From assembly GCA_044222065.1 (NCBI GenBank), contig JBGAOA010000007.1, positions 21,889 to 85,888 on the forward strand: a DNA stretch of 64,000 nucleotides. Direction: 5' to 3'. Under the pieces are notes generated by a model. That model was given only the letters and a program-made list of their open reading frames with translations, did no database searches and had not been told where the DNA came from. This document shows positions 1 through 10,096 of this stretch, one piece after another (the stretch's first letter is position 1; the number at the start of each line of letters is the position of its first letter). The stretch comes from Candidatus Eiseniibacteriota bacterium. GTDB lineage: Bacteria; Eisenbacteria; RBG-16-71-46. The translations under genes were made by a program, and so were the position numbers.

Positions 1-2
1 CG

Positions 3-1940
3 CTGTGCGGCCCGCGCTTCACGATCGTGCGCGCGCTGCCCTACGACCGGCCGAACACGACGATGGCGGGCTTCGCGCTGTGCGAGCCGTGCGCGCGCGA
101 GTACGGCGATCCCCTCGACCGCCGATTCCACGCGCAGCCGATCGCCTGCCCGGCGTGCGGACCGCACGTGGAGCTGTGGGACGACCAGGGCGAGTCCCTC
201 GCCACGGGCGAAGCGGCGATCGCGTCCGCGCTCGAGACGCTGAGCTCGGGCCGCATCGTGGCGGTGAAGGGACTCGGCGGCTTCCACCTGATGTGCGACG
301 CGCGCGACGAGGCGGCGGTCGCGCGGCTGCGCGAGCGCAAGCGTCGCGAGGAGAAACCGCTCGCCGTGATGGCCGCGACGCTCGACGATGCCCGAGCGCT
401 CGGCGAGATCGACGGCGAGGCGGCGCATGCGCTCGCGTCGTCCGAGGCGCCGATCGTGCTCGTGGTCCGGCGCGCGGACGCGCCGCTCGCCCCGGGCGTC
501 GCGCCGCGCCTCGCCACGGTCGGCGTGATGCTGCCCGCGACCCCGCTCCACCACCTGCTCGCCCGCGGCTTCGGCGCACCGCTCGTCGCGACGAGCGGGA
601 ATCACAGCGAAGAGCCGATCTGCACGGACGACCGCGAGGCGCTCGACCGGCTCGGCGGCATCGCGGATCGCTTCCTCGTGCACGACCGTCCGATCGCGCG
701 CCACGTGGACGACAGCGTGGGCTGGATCGCGCACGGCCGCTTCGCACTGCTGCGCCGCGCGCGTGGATTCGCGCCCCTGCCCGTGCGCGTCGCGGACTCG
801 CGCCGCGTCGTGCTCGCGGTCGGCCCGCACCTCAAGAACACGATCGCGCTCGCGGTCGGCCCGCGCGCGTTCGTGAGCCAGCACCTCGGCGACCTCTCGA
901 CGCCGGAGGCGAATCTCGCGTTCGCTCGTGCGATCCGCGACGTGGTCGCGCTGTACGAGGCGCGGCCCGAGGCGATCGCGCACGATCTTCACCCCGACTA
1001 CGAATCGACGCGCTGGGCGCAGCGGCTCGCGAAGGGCGCCGCATCACGGGAGGGCGCCGAAGCGGCGCTCGTGGAAGCCGCGCGCCGGCTCGTCCCCGTC
1101 CAGCACCACCACGCGCACCTTGCGGCGTGCCTCGCCGAGAACGGCGTCGCGGGCCCGGCGCTCGGCGTCGTGTGGGACGGCACGGGCTACGGCACCGACG
1201 GCACGATCTGGGGCGGCGAGTTCCTGCTCGGCGACGCGTCCGGCTTCGAGCGCGTCGGGCACCTGCGGTCGTTCCGCCTGCCCGGGGGCGAGATCGCCGT
1301 GCGCGAGCCGTGGCGCGTCGCGCTCGCGCTGCTCCACGACGTGCTCGGCGCGGAGGCGTTCGAGCGCGACGACCTCGTCCCGGGCGTCACGCCCACGGCC
1401 GAAACCCGGCGCGTGCTCGCCCGGATGATCCCGAAGGATCTCCATTCGCCCGCGACGACGAGCGCCGGGCGGCTCTTCGACGCGGTCGCTGCGCTCGCCG
1501 GCGTGCGCACCCACGCGGCGTACGAAGGGCAGGCCGCGATCCTGCTCGAAGCCGCGGCCGACCGCGCCCGCCCGGACGCCGGGGCCGCGTATCCGCTGCC
1601 GCTCGTCGAGAACGACGGAGGCGCGCGCGTGCTCGACTGGCGGCCGATGGTGCGCGCGATCCTCGCGGATCGGGATCGCGGCGTCCCGCCCGAGGCGATC
1701 GCGGCGCGATTCCACGACGGCCTCGTCGAGGCGATCGTCACCGTCGCCGCGGCGGTCAGGGCGCCGCGCGTCGCGCTCACGGGCGGCTGCTTCCAGAACC
1801 GCCGGCTCGCCGAGCGCGCCGCCGACCGCCTGCGCTCGGCCGGCCACGAGGTGCTGCTCCACCGGCTCGTCCCGCCGAACGACGGCGGCGTGAGCCTCGG
1901 TCAGATCGCCGTCGCGCGCGCCGCGCTCGAGCGCGGCTGA
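3..1940 (+). CDS. hypF: Carbamoyltransferase HypF (5' end outside the window)
   Basis: Frame is open from the window edge: LCGPRFTIVRALPYDR, zinc-finger CxxC motifs (CEPC, CPACGP), KGLGGFHL, HDLHPDY, QHHHAH, DGTGYG, TSAGRLFD, PPNDGG. Confidence 0.97.
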   Translation: MCGPRFTIVRALPYDRPNTTMAGFALCEPCAREYGDPLDRRFHAQPIACPACGPHVELWDDQGESLATGEAAIASALETLSSGRIVAVKGLGGFHLMCDARDEAAVARLRERKRREEKPLAVMAATLDDARALGEIDGEAAHALASSEAPIVLVVRRADAPLAPGVAPRLATVGVMLPATPLHHLLARGFGAPLVATSGNHSEEPICTDDREALDRLGGIADRFLVHDRPIARHVDDSVGWIAHGRFALLRRARGFAPLPVRVADSRRVVLAVGPHLKNTIALAVGPRAFVSQHLGDLSTPEANLAFARAIRDVVALYEARPEAIAHDLHPDYESTRWAQRLAKGAASREGAEAALVEAARRLVPVQHHHAHLAACLAENGVAGPALGVVWDGTGYGTDGTIWGGEFLLGDASGFERVGHLRSFRLPGGEIAVREPWRVALALLHDVLGAEAFERDDLVPGVTPTAETRRVLARMIPKDLHSPATTSAGRLFDAVAALAGVRTHAAYEGQAAILLEAAADRARPDAGAAYPLPLVENDGGARVLDWRPMVRAILADRDRGVPPEAIAARFHDGLVEAIVTVAAAVRAPRVALTGGCFQNRRLAERAADRLRSAGHEVLLHRLVPPNDGGVSLGQIAVARAALERG

Positions 1941-1950
1941 CGCCGGCGGC

Positions 1951-2628
1951 TCAGCGCCGCGCGGACGCCGCGCGCTTCGCCGCGGCCCGCGCCGCGAGCA
2001 GCGCGCACCAGTCGTCGAGACCGGCGCCGCTCGTGGCGGATACGGTCAGGATCACGCCGTCCGGCCGGAGCGCCGCGATCTGCTCGCGCACGACCGACTC
2101 GTGGAATCCGGGCACGTGCGGCAGCAGGTCCGACTTCGTGATCAGCGCGACGTCGGCGCGCGCGAAGATCGCCGGGTACTTGAACGGCTTGTCCTCGCCC
2201 TCGGGCACGGACAGCAGCACGACCTTGAAGTCCTCGCCGAGGTCGTACGACGTCGGGCAGATCAGGTTGCCGACGTTCTCGATCAGGAGCAGGTCGAGGT
2301 CGCCGAACGCGGCGCGTTCGAGCGCCGCGTCGATCTGGCGCGCATCGAGGTGACAGGCCCCGCCCGTGAGGATCTGGTGCGCCGGAATGCCGCTCGCGCG
2401 CAGCCGGTCGGCATCGCGCTCGGTCGCGATGTCGCCGTCGAGTGCGGCGATCCGGAGCTTCGGCGCGAGGCGCTCGGCCGTGCGTTCGAGCAGCGTCGTC
2501 TTGCCCGAGCCCGGCGACGAGATGAGGTTCACGACCAGCGTGCCGCGTTCGGCGAAGCGCGCGCGCAGGGATTCCGCGGCGGCGCGATTGGCGGCGAGCA
2601 CGTGCTCGCGAACTTGGACGTCGGTCAC
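1951..2628 (-). CDS. hypB: Hydrogenase nickel incorporation GTPase HypB
   Basis: GTG start with GGGAGG RBS; SSPGSGKTT, GGACHLDA, ENVGNLICP, EGEDKPFKYP, TKSD. Confidence 0.95.
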   Translation of the reverse strand: MTDVQVREHVLAANRAAAESLRARFAERGTLVVNLISSPGSGKTTLLERTAERLAPKLRIAALDGDIATERDADRLRASGIPAHQILTGGACHLDARQIDAALERAAFGDLDLLLIENVGNLICPTSYDLGEDFKVVLLSVPEGEDKPFKYPAIFARADVALITKSDLLPHVPGFHESVVREQIAALRPDGVILTVSATSGAGLDDWCALLAARAAAKRAASARR

Positions 2629-2735
2629 CGGACTCGCCCTCCCGAGGAGCCGCGACGCGCGGCTCGACGCGGGCAGGGTACCGCGGCGCGCGCCGGACGG
2701 GAATCGCGGCGCTCGTGGCGGCGACGCGAACGAAG

Positions 2736-4640
2736 CTAGAGGACGTCCTTGAGCGTGATCTCGATCGTCGTGGGCGCGTCGTCGAGGCGCCGGTACGTGA
2801 TGCGGTGCACGGACCCGACGTCGCCCTCTTCGAGCAGCCGGTCCACCTCGGCGCGCGTCCACTGGTCGAGCGGGCGGTCGTCGATCGCGACGATCTCGTC
2901 GTACCAGCGCAGGCCCGCGTCGTAGGCCGCCGAGCCGCTCAGGATGTTGCCAGCGTAGACCTTCGCGCCGACGCGCGCGAGCAGGGCGCCGAAGCGCGAC
3001 ACGCGCTCCTCGCGGCCGAAGCGCGCGCCGGGTTCGAGGTACAGCGTCCGGCGCGGGTAGTCGAACGTGCAGCGGAACTTCTCGAGCACCGTGCTGCCGA
3101 TGTTCCCCGCGAAGTCCTCGCTGCCGATCATTCCCGAGCGGTGCAGCGCGAGCGCCGCGACCTGATGCGACCAGCGGTACGGTCCGAGCTGCACGCTGTC
3201 GAGACGACAGAGCGTCGAGACGAAGCCGCCGCCGATGCCGCCGCCCATCACCTCGACCTCGCGTCGCGGGCCGTGGTTGCGGATCATCTCGCACGACCGC
3301 ACGAGCGAGCCGTGCACGGTGAAGTGGAACGCGTTGCCGACGTCCACGATGAACTTGCCCGAGCAGCCGTTGTCGAGCGACATCTCGACGACCGGGATGC
3401 CGCCGTGGATCTCGAACGGCAGGGCCGCGCCGTTGCCCGCGTAGTGGAACGTCTCGGGGTCGTAGAGCGTGACGCGCGACGAGTCGTAGTCGATCTCGAC
3501 GACGAAGTGGCTCAGGAAGTCGGCGCCGAGCAGGCCGACGGCGTTCCGCCACAGGACGACCTTGTTGCCCTTCGCGAGCGAGACGAGCGCCGCGCGGAAG
3601 TCCTTCAGCGTGGCCGACTGCCCCTTCGCGCCGGTGAGCGCGATGGACTTCACGCTCGCGAACTTCATCCCGCCCGTGGACGCGATGCCCTGAACGGTCG
3701 CCGAGCCCTCGCCGACGAGGCCGACCCGGTCGGCGAACTCGGGATCGATCGCCGTGAGGCTCGCGCCGGTGTCGAGGATGAAGTCGGCCGGCTCGGAACC
3801 GTTGATCGAGACCTTCACGAGGACGGACTTCGAGTCGTACTGGAACGGCACGCGCAGCAGGCTCTGCGATTTCTTCCACGCGATCTGCCGGCTCTCGACG
3901 ACCGGCATCGAGAACACGGCCGAATCGAGCGCGGGGTTCGTCCAGACGGAGTCCACGATCATGCGCTCGATCGGCTTGTCGGTCGGCAGGAACGTCGGCG
4001 CCGCGAACACGGTCGGACGCTTGCGGCCCGCGAGCAGCTTGTACTCGCTCGGCCGCTCCTCGACCGCGTACTGGTCGCTCTCGCCGACCACGCGTTCGAT
4101 GAACCCGGTCTTCACGTTCACGAACATGCGGCGCGGCTTGCCGGTCGGCGGCGTGACCTCGAAGACCTCGTAGATCGCCTTCGCGCCGAACACCTGGCTG
4201 CGCGGCAGGATCTTGCCGCCGCCCTGGTCGAGCCGCGACCAGCGCTCGTTCAGGAACCAGCCTTCCTCGCGCGCGTCGCGCGCCGCGATCTGCGACAGCG
4301 CCGTCGGGTTCCTGCCCGACAGGTCGGTGCGCCAGGCGGTCGTGCCGTCGAATCCGGTGCGGAACTGGAGCGGGCCGAGCGAGATCGATCGCATCCACCG
4401 GTCGGGCGCGGCGGTCCACAGCTCCCACGTGCCGTCGAGCCCGTTGGCCTCGATGCGGCCGCGCACGTGCAGCGACTGCTCGGCCTCGATCGCGGCGCTT
4501 CCCCCGGTCGCGTCCACGTAGCGCTGCACGGCCGCGGCGGCGTCGGGGTGGAGTTCGGCGCGCGCGCCCGCGGGTGGGAGCGCGAACAGGACGAGCGACG
4601 CGGAAACGGCGAGCGGGAGCGGAACGCGGTTCGGATGCAT
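2736..4640 (-). CDS. Secreted tandem retropepsin-like aspartyl protease with C-terminal PDZ domain
   Basis: Signal peptide; two Asp motifs (FILDTGA, FIVDVGN), each followed by a GLLG/GNIG element; C-terminal PDZ-like GSAAYDAGLRWYDEIVAID. Confidence 0.85.
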   Translation of the reverse strand: MHPNRVPLPLAVSASLVLFALPPAGARAELHPDAAAAVQRYVDATGGSAAIEAEQSLHVRGRIEANGLDGTWELWTAAPDRWMRSISLGPLQFRTGFDGTTAWRTDLSGRNPTALSQIAARDAREEGWFLNERWSRLDQGGGKILPRSQVFGAKAIYEVFEVTPPTGKPRRMFVNVKTGFIERVVGESDQYAVEERPSEYKLLAGRKRPTVFAAPTFLPTDKPIERMIVDSVWTNPALDSAVFSMPVVESRQIAWKKSQSLLRVPFQYDSKSVLVKVSINGSEPADFILDTGASLTAIDPEFADRVGLVGEGSATVQGIASTGGMKFASVKSIALTGAKGQSATLKDFRAALVSLAKGNKVVLWRNAVGLLGADFLSHFVVEIDYDSSRVTLYDPETFHYAGNGAALPFEIHGGIPVVEMSLDNGCSGKFIVDVGNAFHFTVHGSLVRSCEMIRNHGPRREVEVMGGGIGGGFVSTLCRLDSVQLGPYRWSHQVAALALHRSGMIGSEDFAGNIGSTVLEKFRCTFDYPRRTLYLEPGARFGREERVSRFGALLARVGAKVYAGNILSGSAAYDAGLRWYDEIVAIDDRPLDQWTRAEVDRLLEEGDVGSVHRITYRRLDDAPTTIEITLKDVL

Positions 4641-4681
4641 GCCGGCCTCGAGCGGGAACGTGGGGTGGAGGATCCTCGTCG

Positions 4682-4709
4682 TTATCGGCCCCGGGACGGG
4701 GCGCTTGAG
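4682..4709 (-). promoter_or_regulatory. Sigma28 (FliA/WhiG)-like promoter of the aspartyl protease gene
   Basis: Minus strand CTCAAG-N14-GCCGATAA, about 40 bp upstream of ATG 4640; fits TAAA-N15-GCCGATAA. Confidence 0.6.
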
Positions 4710-4732
4710 CCCTGCCGGGGAGCCGCTAGGAT
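4705..4732 (+). promoter_or_regulatory. Sigma70-type promoter, probably leaderless GNAT transcript
   Basis: TTGAGC-N16-TAGGAT, then 7 nt to ATG 4740. Confidence 0.5.
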
Positions 4733-4739
4733 GCGCCCC

Positions 4740-5597
4740 ATGAGCATGATCGAGTTCGTTCCAGCGTCACGTTTCGAGCCCGTCCGCCTCGCGGAGCTGT
4801 TCACGCGCGGCTACGAGGGCTACTACGTCCCGATGACGCTGACGGCGGAGGCGTACGCGGACATGGTGCGCTGGTTCGACCTCGACCTCGAGGCCTCGCG
4901 CGTGGCGCTCGCGGGCGGCGTGCCGGTCGGGATCGTGCAGCTCGGCGTGCGCGGGTCGCGCGGGTGGATCGGAGGCATGGGCGTGGTGCCCGAGGCTCGC
5001 GGCCGCGGGCTCGGCCGCGCGCTCATGGACGAGGCCGAACGCTCGGCGCGCGCGCTCGGCCTGCGCACCGTGGACCTCGAAGTGCTGGTCCAGAACGTCC
5101 AGGCGATTCCGATCTACGAGGCGTGCGGCTACCGGCACACGCGCCGTCTGCTCGTGCTCGAGCGTGCGCCCGCGCCGCTCGCCGCGGAGGCCGCGGCGGA
5201 ACGCCCCGCGCTCGACGAGGTGTTCGAGCGCTGGGACGCGCTGCACGCCGTGCCCGCTCCGTGGCAGCGCGGGCGCGAGACGGTCGAGCGGTTGCGCGAC
5301 GTGCTCGAGGCGTTCGGCGTGCGCGAGCGCGGGCGGCTTGTCGCGAGCGTGCTCGTCGCGCGACGGCCCGCGCGCTCGAACGTGATCGCGCTCGGCTTCG
5401 AGGCCGGCGCGGATCCCGGGGCGCTCGATCGCGCGATCGCGGCCGCGGTCGCCGCGCACGCGGACCGGCCCCAGATGCTGCTCAACCTGCCCGCCGGGCA
5501 GGCGGGCGAGGCGGCGCTGCGCCGCGCCGGCTTCGAGTCGCACCTCGAGCAGTTCGAGATGGAACTCGCCCTCGGACCTGCGCCCCGCGTGCGCTAG
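4740..5597 (+). CDS. GNAT family acetyltransferase
   Basis: Acetyl-CoA motif VVPEARGRGLGRAL and NVQAIPIYEACGY. Start could be 4731, 4740 or 4746. Confidence 0.85.
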   Translation: MSMIEFVPASRFEPVRLAELFTRGYEGYYVPMTLTAEAYADMVRWFDLDLEASRVALAGGVPVGIVQLGVRGSRGWIGGMGVVPEARGRGLGRALMDEAERSARALGLRTVDLEVLVQNVQAIPIYEACGYRHTRRLLVLERAPAPLAAEAAAERPALDEVFERWDALHAVPAPWQRGRETVERLRDVLEAFGVRERGRLVASVLVARRPARSNVIALGFEAGADPGALDRAIAAAVAAHADRPQMLLNLPAGQAGEAALRRAGFESHLEQFEMELALGPAPRVR

Positions 5598-5641
5598 TCT
5601 CCGCGCGCCTGACGACCCGACCCGAACCGAGGAGCGAGACG

Positions 5642-6499
5642 ATGCGTTGGAGGAACGAGCGGCGGAGCGACAACGTCGAGGACCGGCGCGGCGCGGGCGT
5701 GCCGCGCGGTGCGGCGCTCGGTGGCGGCGGCGTGCTGATCGCGCTCGTGCTGGCGCTGGTGTTCGGCGCGGACCCGCGCCAGATCCTGTCCCAGCTCGAG
5801 GGCACGACGGCGCTGTCCGTGCCCGAACGAGGCGCAACCGCGCCGGGCGCCGCCGACGACGAAATGAAGCAGTTCGTCTCGGTCGTGCTCGCCGAGACCG
5901 AGGACGTGTGGCGCCGCAAGTTCGCCGAGATGGGGGAGACGTACCGCGAGCCGACGCTCGTGCTGTTCACGGGCCAGGTCGAGTCCGCGTGCGGGAACGC
6001 GAGCGCCGCGGTCGGGCCGTTCTACTGCCCGGGCGACGAGAAGCTGTACGTGGACCTGTCGTTCTACGATCTGCTGCGCGAGCGGCTCGGCGCTCCGGGC
6101 GACTTCGCGCAGGCCTACGTCATCGCCCACGAGGTCGGGCACCACGTGCAGAACCTGATGGGGATCACGGACAAGGTGCACCGCATGCGCGGGCGGCTGA
6201 GCGAGGCGGAGTACAACCAGCTGTCGGTGAGGCTCGAGCTGCAGGCCGACTACTTCGCCGGCGTGTGGGCGCACGACGCCGACCAGGCGCGGCAGCTGCT
6301 CGAGGCGGGCGACCTGGAAGAGGCGCTGAACGCCGCGTCCCAGATCGGCGACGATCGGCTGCAGCGCCGCTCGCAGGGCTACGTCGTTCCGGACGCGTTC
6401 ACGCACGGCACGTCGGAGCAGCGCGTGCGCTGGTTCCGCAAGGGCTACGAGAGCGGCGACGTCGCCGGCGGCGACACGTTCAACGCGGAGGCGCTGTAG
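5642..6499 (+). CDS. Neutral zinc metallopeptidase (YpfJ-like)
   Basis: RRSDNVEDRR N-terminus, one TM segment, GPFYCP, AHEVGHHVQ, ELQAD, FTHGTSEQR; GAGGAG RBS. Confidence 0.92.
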   Translation: MRWRNERRSDNVEDRRGAGVPRGAALGGGGVLIALVLALVFGADPRQILSQLEGTTALSVPERGATAPGAADDEMKQFVSVVLAETEDVWRRKFAEMGETYREPTLVLFTGQVESACGNASAAVGPFYCPGDEKLYVDLSFYDLLRERLGAPGDFAQAYVIAHEVGHHVQNLMGITDKVHRMRGRLSEAEYNQLSVRLELQADYFAGVWAHDADQARQLLEAGDLEEALNAASQIGDDRLQRRSQGYVVPDAFTHGTSEQRVRWFRKGYESGDVAGGDTFNAEAL

Positions 6500-6527
6500 G
6501 GCGCGAACGGGCCGCGCGGCGACGGAC

Positions 6528-7517
6528 TCACCACTCGATCGCCGCGGCCGCCCACGAGAAGCCGGCGCCGAAGGCGGCGAGCACGACGAGGTCGCCAGGG
6601 CGCACGAGGCCGTCCTCTCGCGCCTCGGTGAGCGCGATCGGAATGCTCGCGGCGGTCGTGTTCCCGTAGCGTCCGATGTTCTGGAACACGCGCTCGGGAG
6701 GGAGCCCGAGGCGCTCGGCGACGGCGTCGCCGATGCGCCGGTTCGCCTGGTGCGGCACCACGAGCGCGACGTCGGCGAGCTTCCGCCCGGCGCGCTCGAG
6801 CACCTCGTGGATCACTTCGGGAAACCGCGTCGTCGCGTGCTTGAACACCTGGCGGCCGTTCATCGCGGGGAAGTGTCGCCCCTGCTCGATCATCTCGTGC
6901 GTGATGCGGCCCGGCACCGCGGAGCTCGGCGCCTCGCACCACAGCTCGCGCGCGTACGCGCCCTCGCTGTGGAGCGTCCACGCGAGGATGCCGCCCGATT
7001 CGGCGGGCTCGACGACCGCCGCGCCTGCGCCGTCGCCGAACAGCACCGCCATGTCGCGGCCGGCGGTCGTCAGGTTGAGGCCGGTGCTCTGCACCTCGGT
7101 GCCGACGACGAGCGCGCAGCGGTAGCGTCCGACGCCGACGAAGGCGTCCGCGACCGAGAGGCCGTACACGAAACCGCTGCACGCGTTGCGCAGGTCGAGC
7201 GCGGGCACGGTGCCGAGGCCGAGCTTGTCGGCGATCAGCACGCCCGATCCCGGGAACATGTACTCGGACGTCGTGGTCGCGCAGATCACGACATCCACGT
7301 CGGCGGCCGTGCGGCCGGCGTCAGCGAGCGCCCGGGCCGCCGCTTCGGCGCCGAGATCGGCCGCGCCCGTCGGCGAGTCCACGAAGTGGCGCTCGTGGAT
7401 GCCCGTGCGCTCGACGATCCACGCGTCGTTCGTGTCCATGAGGCGCTCGAGGTCGTGGTTCGTCACGACTCGCGGCGGAACGTGGAAGCCGATTCCCGTG
7501 ATGCGCGAGCGACCCAT
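6528..7517 (-). CDS. fabH: 3-oxoacyl-ACP synthase III
   Basis: WIVERTGI; catalytic Cys in NACSGF, His in PHQAN, Asn in GNTTAAS; FGDGAGA. Confidence 0.93.
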   Translation of the reverse strand: MGRSRITGIGFHVPPRVVTNHDLERLMDTNDAWIVERTGIHERHFVDSPTGAADLGAEAAARALADAGRTAADVDVVICATTTSEYMFPGSGVLIADKLGLGTVPALDLRNACSGFVYGLSVADAFVGVGRYRCALVVGTEVQSTGLNLTTAGRDMAVLFGDGAGAAVVEPAESGGILAWTLHSEGAYARELWCEAPSSAVPGRITHEMIEQGRHFPAMNGRQVFKHATTRFPEVIHEVLERAGRKLADVALVVPHQANRRIGDAVAERLGLPPERVFQNIGRYGNTTAASIPIALTEAREDGLVRPGDLVVLAAFGAGFSWAAAAIEW

Positions 7518-7540
7518 CGATTCCTCCCGGCGACCGGCGC

Positions 7541-8323
7541 CTAGCGGCCCGTCAGCATTCGGAGATACGCGTCGATCCAGCCGTCGCCCCACAGCAGCGC
7601 GATCATCGCGGCCGGCGCGAGGAACGTCCCGAACGGAATTTCGGTCGTGCCGCCCGTGCCTCGACGGCGCATGACGACGAGACCATAGGCCGCGCCGCCG
7701 AGGGCGGCGAGGAAGATCGTGAAGAGCGAGAGCCGCCATCCGAGCACGGCGCCGAACATGGCCGCGAGCTTCACGTCGCCGAATCCCATGCCTTCGATCT
7801 TCCGCACCCGGATCCACAGCTCGGCGAGGCCCCACAGGAGACCTGCGCCCGCGACGATCCCGAACAGCGCGTGGCGAGCGCCGCCCGGCCAGGTCAGCGC
7901 CGCGGCGAGCCCGATCAGCGTGCCGGGGAACGTCAGCACGTCGGGGAGGAGCTGCACGTCGAGGTCGATCCAGAAGAGCGCGACGAGCAGGAATCCCCAG
8001 AGCGCGAGGAACGGCGTGTCCCACCCGAGCGGGCGCAGCGTGACGAGCGCGAGCGCCCACGCGCCGCACCACAGCTCGGTGAGCGGGTAGCGCGGCGAGA
8101 CGCGCGCGCCGCAATGGCGGCAACGTCCGAGCGCGAGCGCCCACGACAGCACCGGCACGAGATCGCGGGGCCCGAGCACGTGGCCGCACGAAGTGCACGC
8201 CGATCGGCCGCGCACCCACGACACGCCGCGCGGCACCCGGTGCGCGAGCGCCGTCACGGCGCTCCCCATGACGAACCCGAGGACCGTGACGAGGACCGGG
8301 AGCGAGGCGGCGAGGAGCGTCAC
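7541..8323 (-). CDS. pilD: Prepilin peptidase / N-methyltransferase (A24)
   Basis: RSACTSC and CRHC zinc motifs, IDLD, GMGFGDVKL, IPFGTFL. Confidence 0.93.
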   Translation of the reverse strand: MTLLAASLPVLVTVLGFVMGSAVTALAHRVPRGVSWVRGRSACTSCGHVLGPRDLVPVLSWALALGRCRHCGARVSPRYPLTELWCGAWALALVTLRPLGWDTPFLALWGFLLVALFWIDLDVQLLPDVLTFPGTLIGLAAALTWPGGARHALFGIVAGAGLLWGLAELWIRVRKIEGMGFGDVKLAAMFGAVLGWRLSLFTIFLAALGGAAYGLVVMRRRGTGGTTEIPFGTFLAPAAMIALLWGDGWIDAYLRMLTGR

Positions 8324-8434
8324 GATTCCGCTCCGGACGGCGCCCGCCGCGGACGATCATTGCTCCGACGGAACGCGTCTGCGAAACTTCCCGCGCCGTT
8401 CATCCTCGAGTCACCGGCTGGAGCCCGCCCGTCC

Positions 8435-8752
8435 GTGCGCATCCTGTTCTTCCTCGCTCTCATCGCCAACAGCTTCGATCTGGTCGCGACCGCGCTCGGC
8501 ATCCACTGGTTCGGCAACCGCGAGGGCAATCCGCTGCTCGCCGGCATCGCCCACGAACACTGGATCGCGTTCGTGCTGTTGAAGGGGCTGCTGATTCCGC
8601 TCCTGATCGTGCGCCTCTACCGCTTCCGCGCCCGCACTCCGATGCTCGCCGGCGCGGGCCTCGCGCTCGTCACCGTCGCGCTCACCGTCGCCGTCGGCCA
8701 GTGGATCGGCTGGATGGCGGGCGTCGTGACCGTGACGACCACGCGCGGCTGA
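8435..8752 (+). CDS. Small membrane protein, DUF5658-like
   Basis: GTG start with GGAG; D..T....(N)REGNPL motif and three hydrophobic segments. Confidence 0.65.
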   Translation: MRILFFLALIANSFDLVATALGIHWFGNREGNPLLAGIAHEHWIAFVLLKGLLIPLLIVRLYRFRARTPMLAGAGLALVTVALTVAVGQWIGWMAGVVTVTTTRG

Positions 8753-8797
8753 ACGGACCGCGGCCCGCGCCGCGCTCCGTCCGCTCGCGCGGGACCG

Positions 8798-10096
8798 TTA
8801 CTGCTGATCGGGCAGGATACGCGGCGTGATCTCGATCACCAGGTCCGTCTTCTTGGTCTGGATGGACTGGTGCTGGAACAGATAGCCGAGCCCGGGGATC
8901 GAGCCGAGGATCGGGACCTTCGAGACCGTGGACGTCTTCTCCTCGGTGAGTAGCCCGCCGATGATCACGGAGTTCCCGTCCTTGAGCCGCACCGTCGTCG
9001 TGGCCTGGCGCGTCGCGACGATCGGCAGGTCCGCGTTCGGACCCTTGAAGCCGGTCACCGAGCTGACCTCCGGCGTGATCGTCGTCGTGATGTAGCCGTC
9101 GGCGTTGATGAGCGGCGTGATCTTGAGCTTCACGCCGACTTCTTCCTTCTCGATGCGCTGCGTCGGCGCCGCGGCGCCGCCGGCGAAGACGGTCCCGCTC
9201 ACGACGTAGGGAATGCGCGAGCCGATCAGCATGCTCGCTTCGTGACCGTTCAGCGTCGCGAGTTTCGGATTCGCGAGCACACGCGCGTTGCCGTCGCGGA
9301 CCAGCAGGTCCACGGCGGCCCGGAACGTCTTGCCGACGCGGCTGAAGTTCTTGAGCTGCCAGACGTCGTGCGTGCCCGGCGTGTTCGGGAACACGTTGAT
9401 GCCGCTGAACGTCGTGTTCTCGTTCTCGCCGCTGCTGCCGGTGAGCGAGTCGTAGTTTCCTTCGACGAACACGAAGCCCTGGCGCGTGAGCATGTCCCAG
9501 TCGATGCCGAGCCTCTTCACGTCGTCCGTGGACACCTCGACGACGCGCGCCTCGAGCATCACCTGCTTCGCCGGCACGTCCATGCGCGTCACGATCGTCG
9601 TGATCTCGGACAGCACGCGCGGACTCGTGACGACGATGAGCCGGTTCCCGCCCTTGTCCACCGTGACGTCGGCCTTGAGGCTCGCGAGCGCGTTCTTCAC
9701 CTCGTTCGCGTCGGCGTAGCGCAGGTCCACGACGTACGACGACAATCCCGTCTCGTCCTTGAGCGCCGCCTTGTCGGCGACGAGGATCGAATTCCCGATG
9801 CGCTCGTAGGCGAGGCCCGCCGCGCGCACGACGAGGTTCACGGCCTGGTCGATCGGCACGTCCCTCATGTGGATCGTGATCCGGTCGTTCGTGACGCCGG
9901 GGCCGGTGATGATGTTGAGCCCGCCCTTCTCGGCGAGGATCTTCAGCACGCCCGGGAGTGCGGCGTCCTCGGCGTCGAGCGAGACCTTGGGGCCGTCCGT
10001 GGCCTGGGCCGTGAGGCCCGGAGCGAAGGCCGCGAGCGCGAACAGCGCGAGCACGGCGCCGAGCGCGAGCGCTCGTGGAGCGCGGGCGAGCATCAT
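8798..10096 (-). CDS. pilQ: Secretin (PilQ/GspD family), short form without AMIN domains
   Basis: Signal peptide, QVMLEARVVEV, VLANPKLATLNG, GVKLKITP, IIGGL, KVPILGSIPGLGYLF, ITPRI. ATGA overlap with the upstream gene. Confidence 0.92.
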   Translation of the reverse strand: MMLARAPRALALGAVLALFALAAFAPGLTAQATDGPKVSLDAEDAALPGVLKILAEKGGLNIITGPGVTNDRITIHMRDVPIDQAVNLVVRAAGLAYERIGNSILVADKAALKDETGLSSYVVDLRYADANEVKNALASLKADVTVDKGGNRLIVVTSPRVLSEITTIVTRMDVPAKQVMLEARVVEVSTDDVKRLGIDWDMLTRQGFVFVEGNYDSLTGSSGENENTTFSGINVFPNTPGTHDVWQLKNFSRVGKTFRAAVDLLVRDGNARVLANPKLATLNGHEASMLIGSRIPYVVSGTVFAGGAAAPTQRIEKEEVGVKLKITPLINADGYITTTITPEVSSVTGFKGPNADLPIVATRQATTTVRLKDGNSVIIGGLLTEEKTSTVSKVPILGSIPGLGYLFQHQSIQTKKTDLVIEITPRILPDQQ

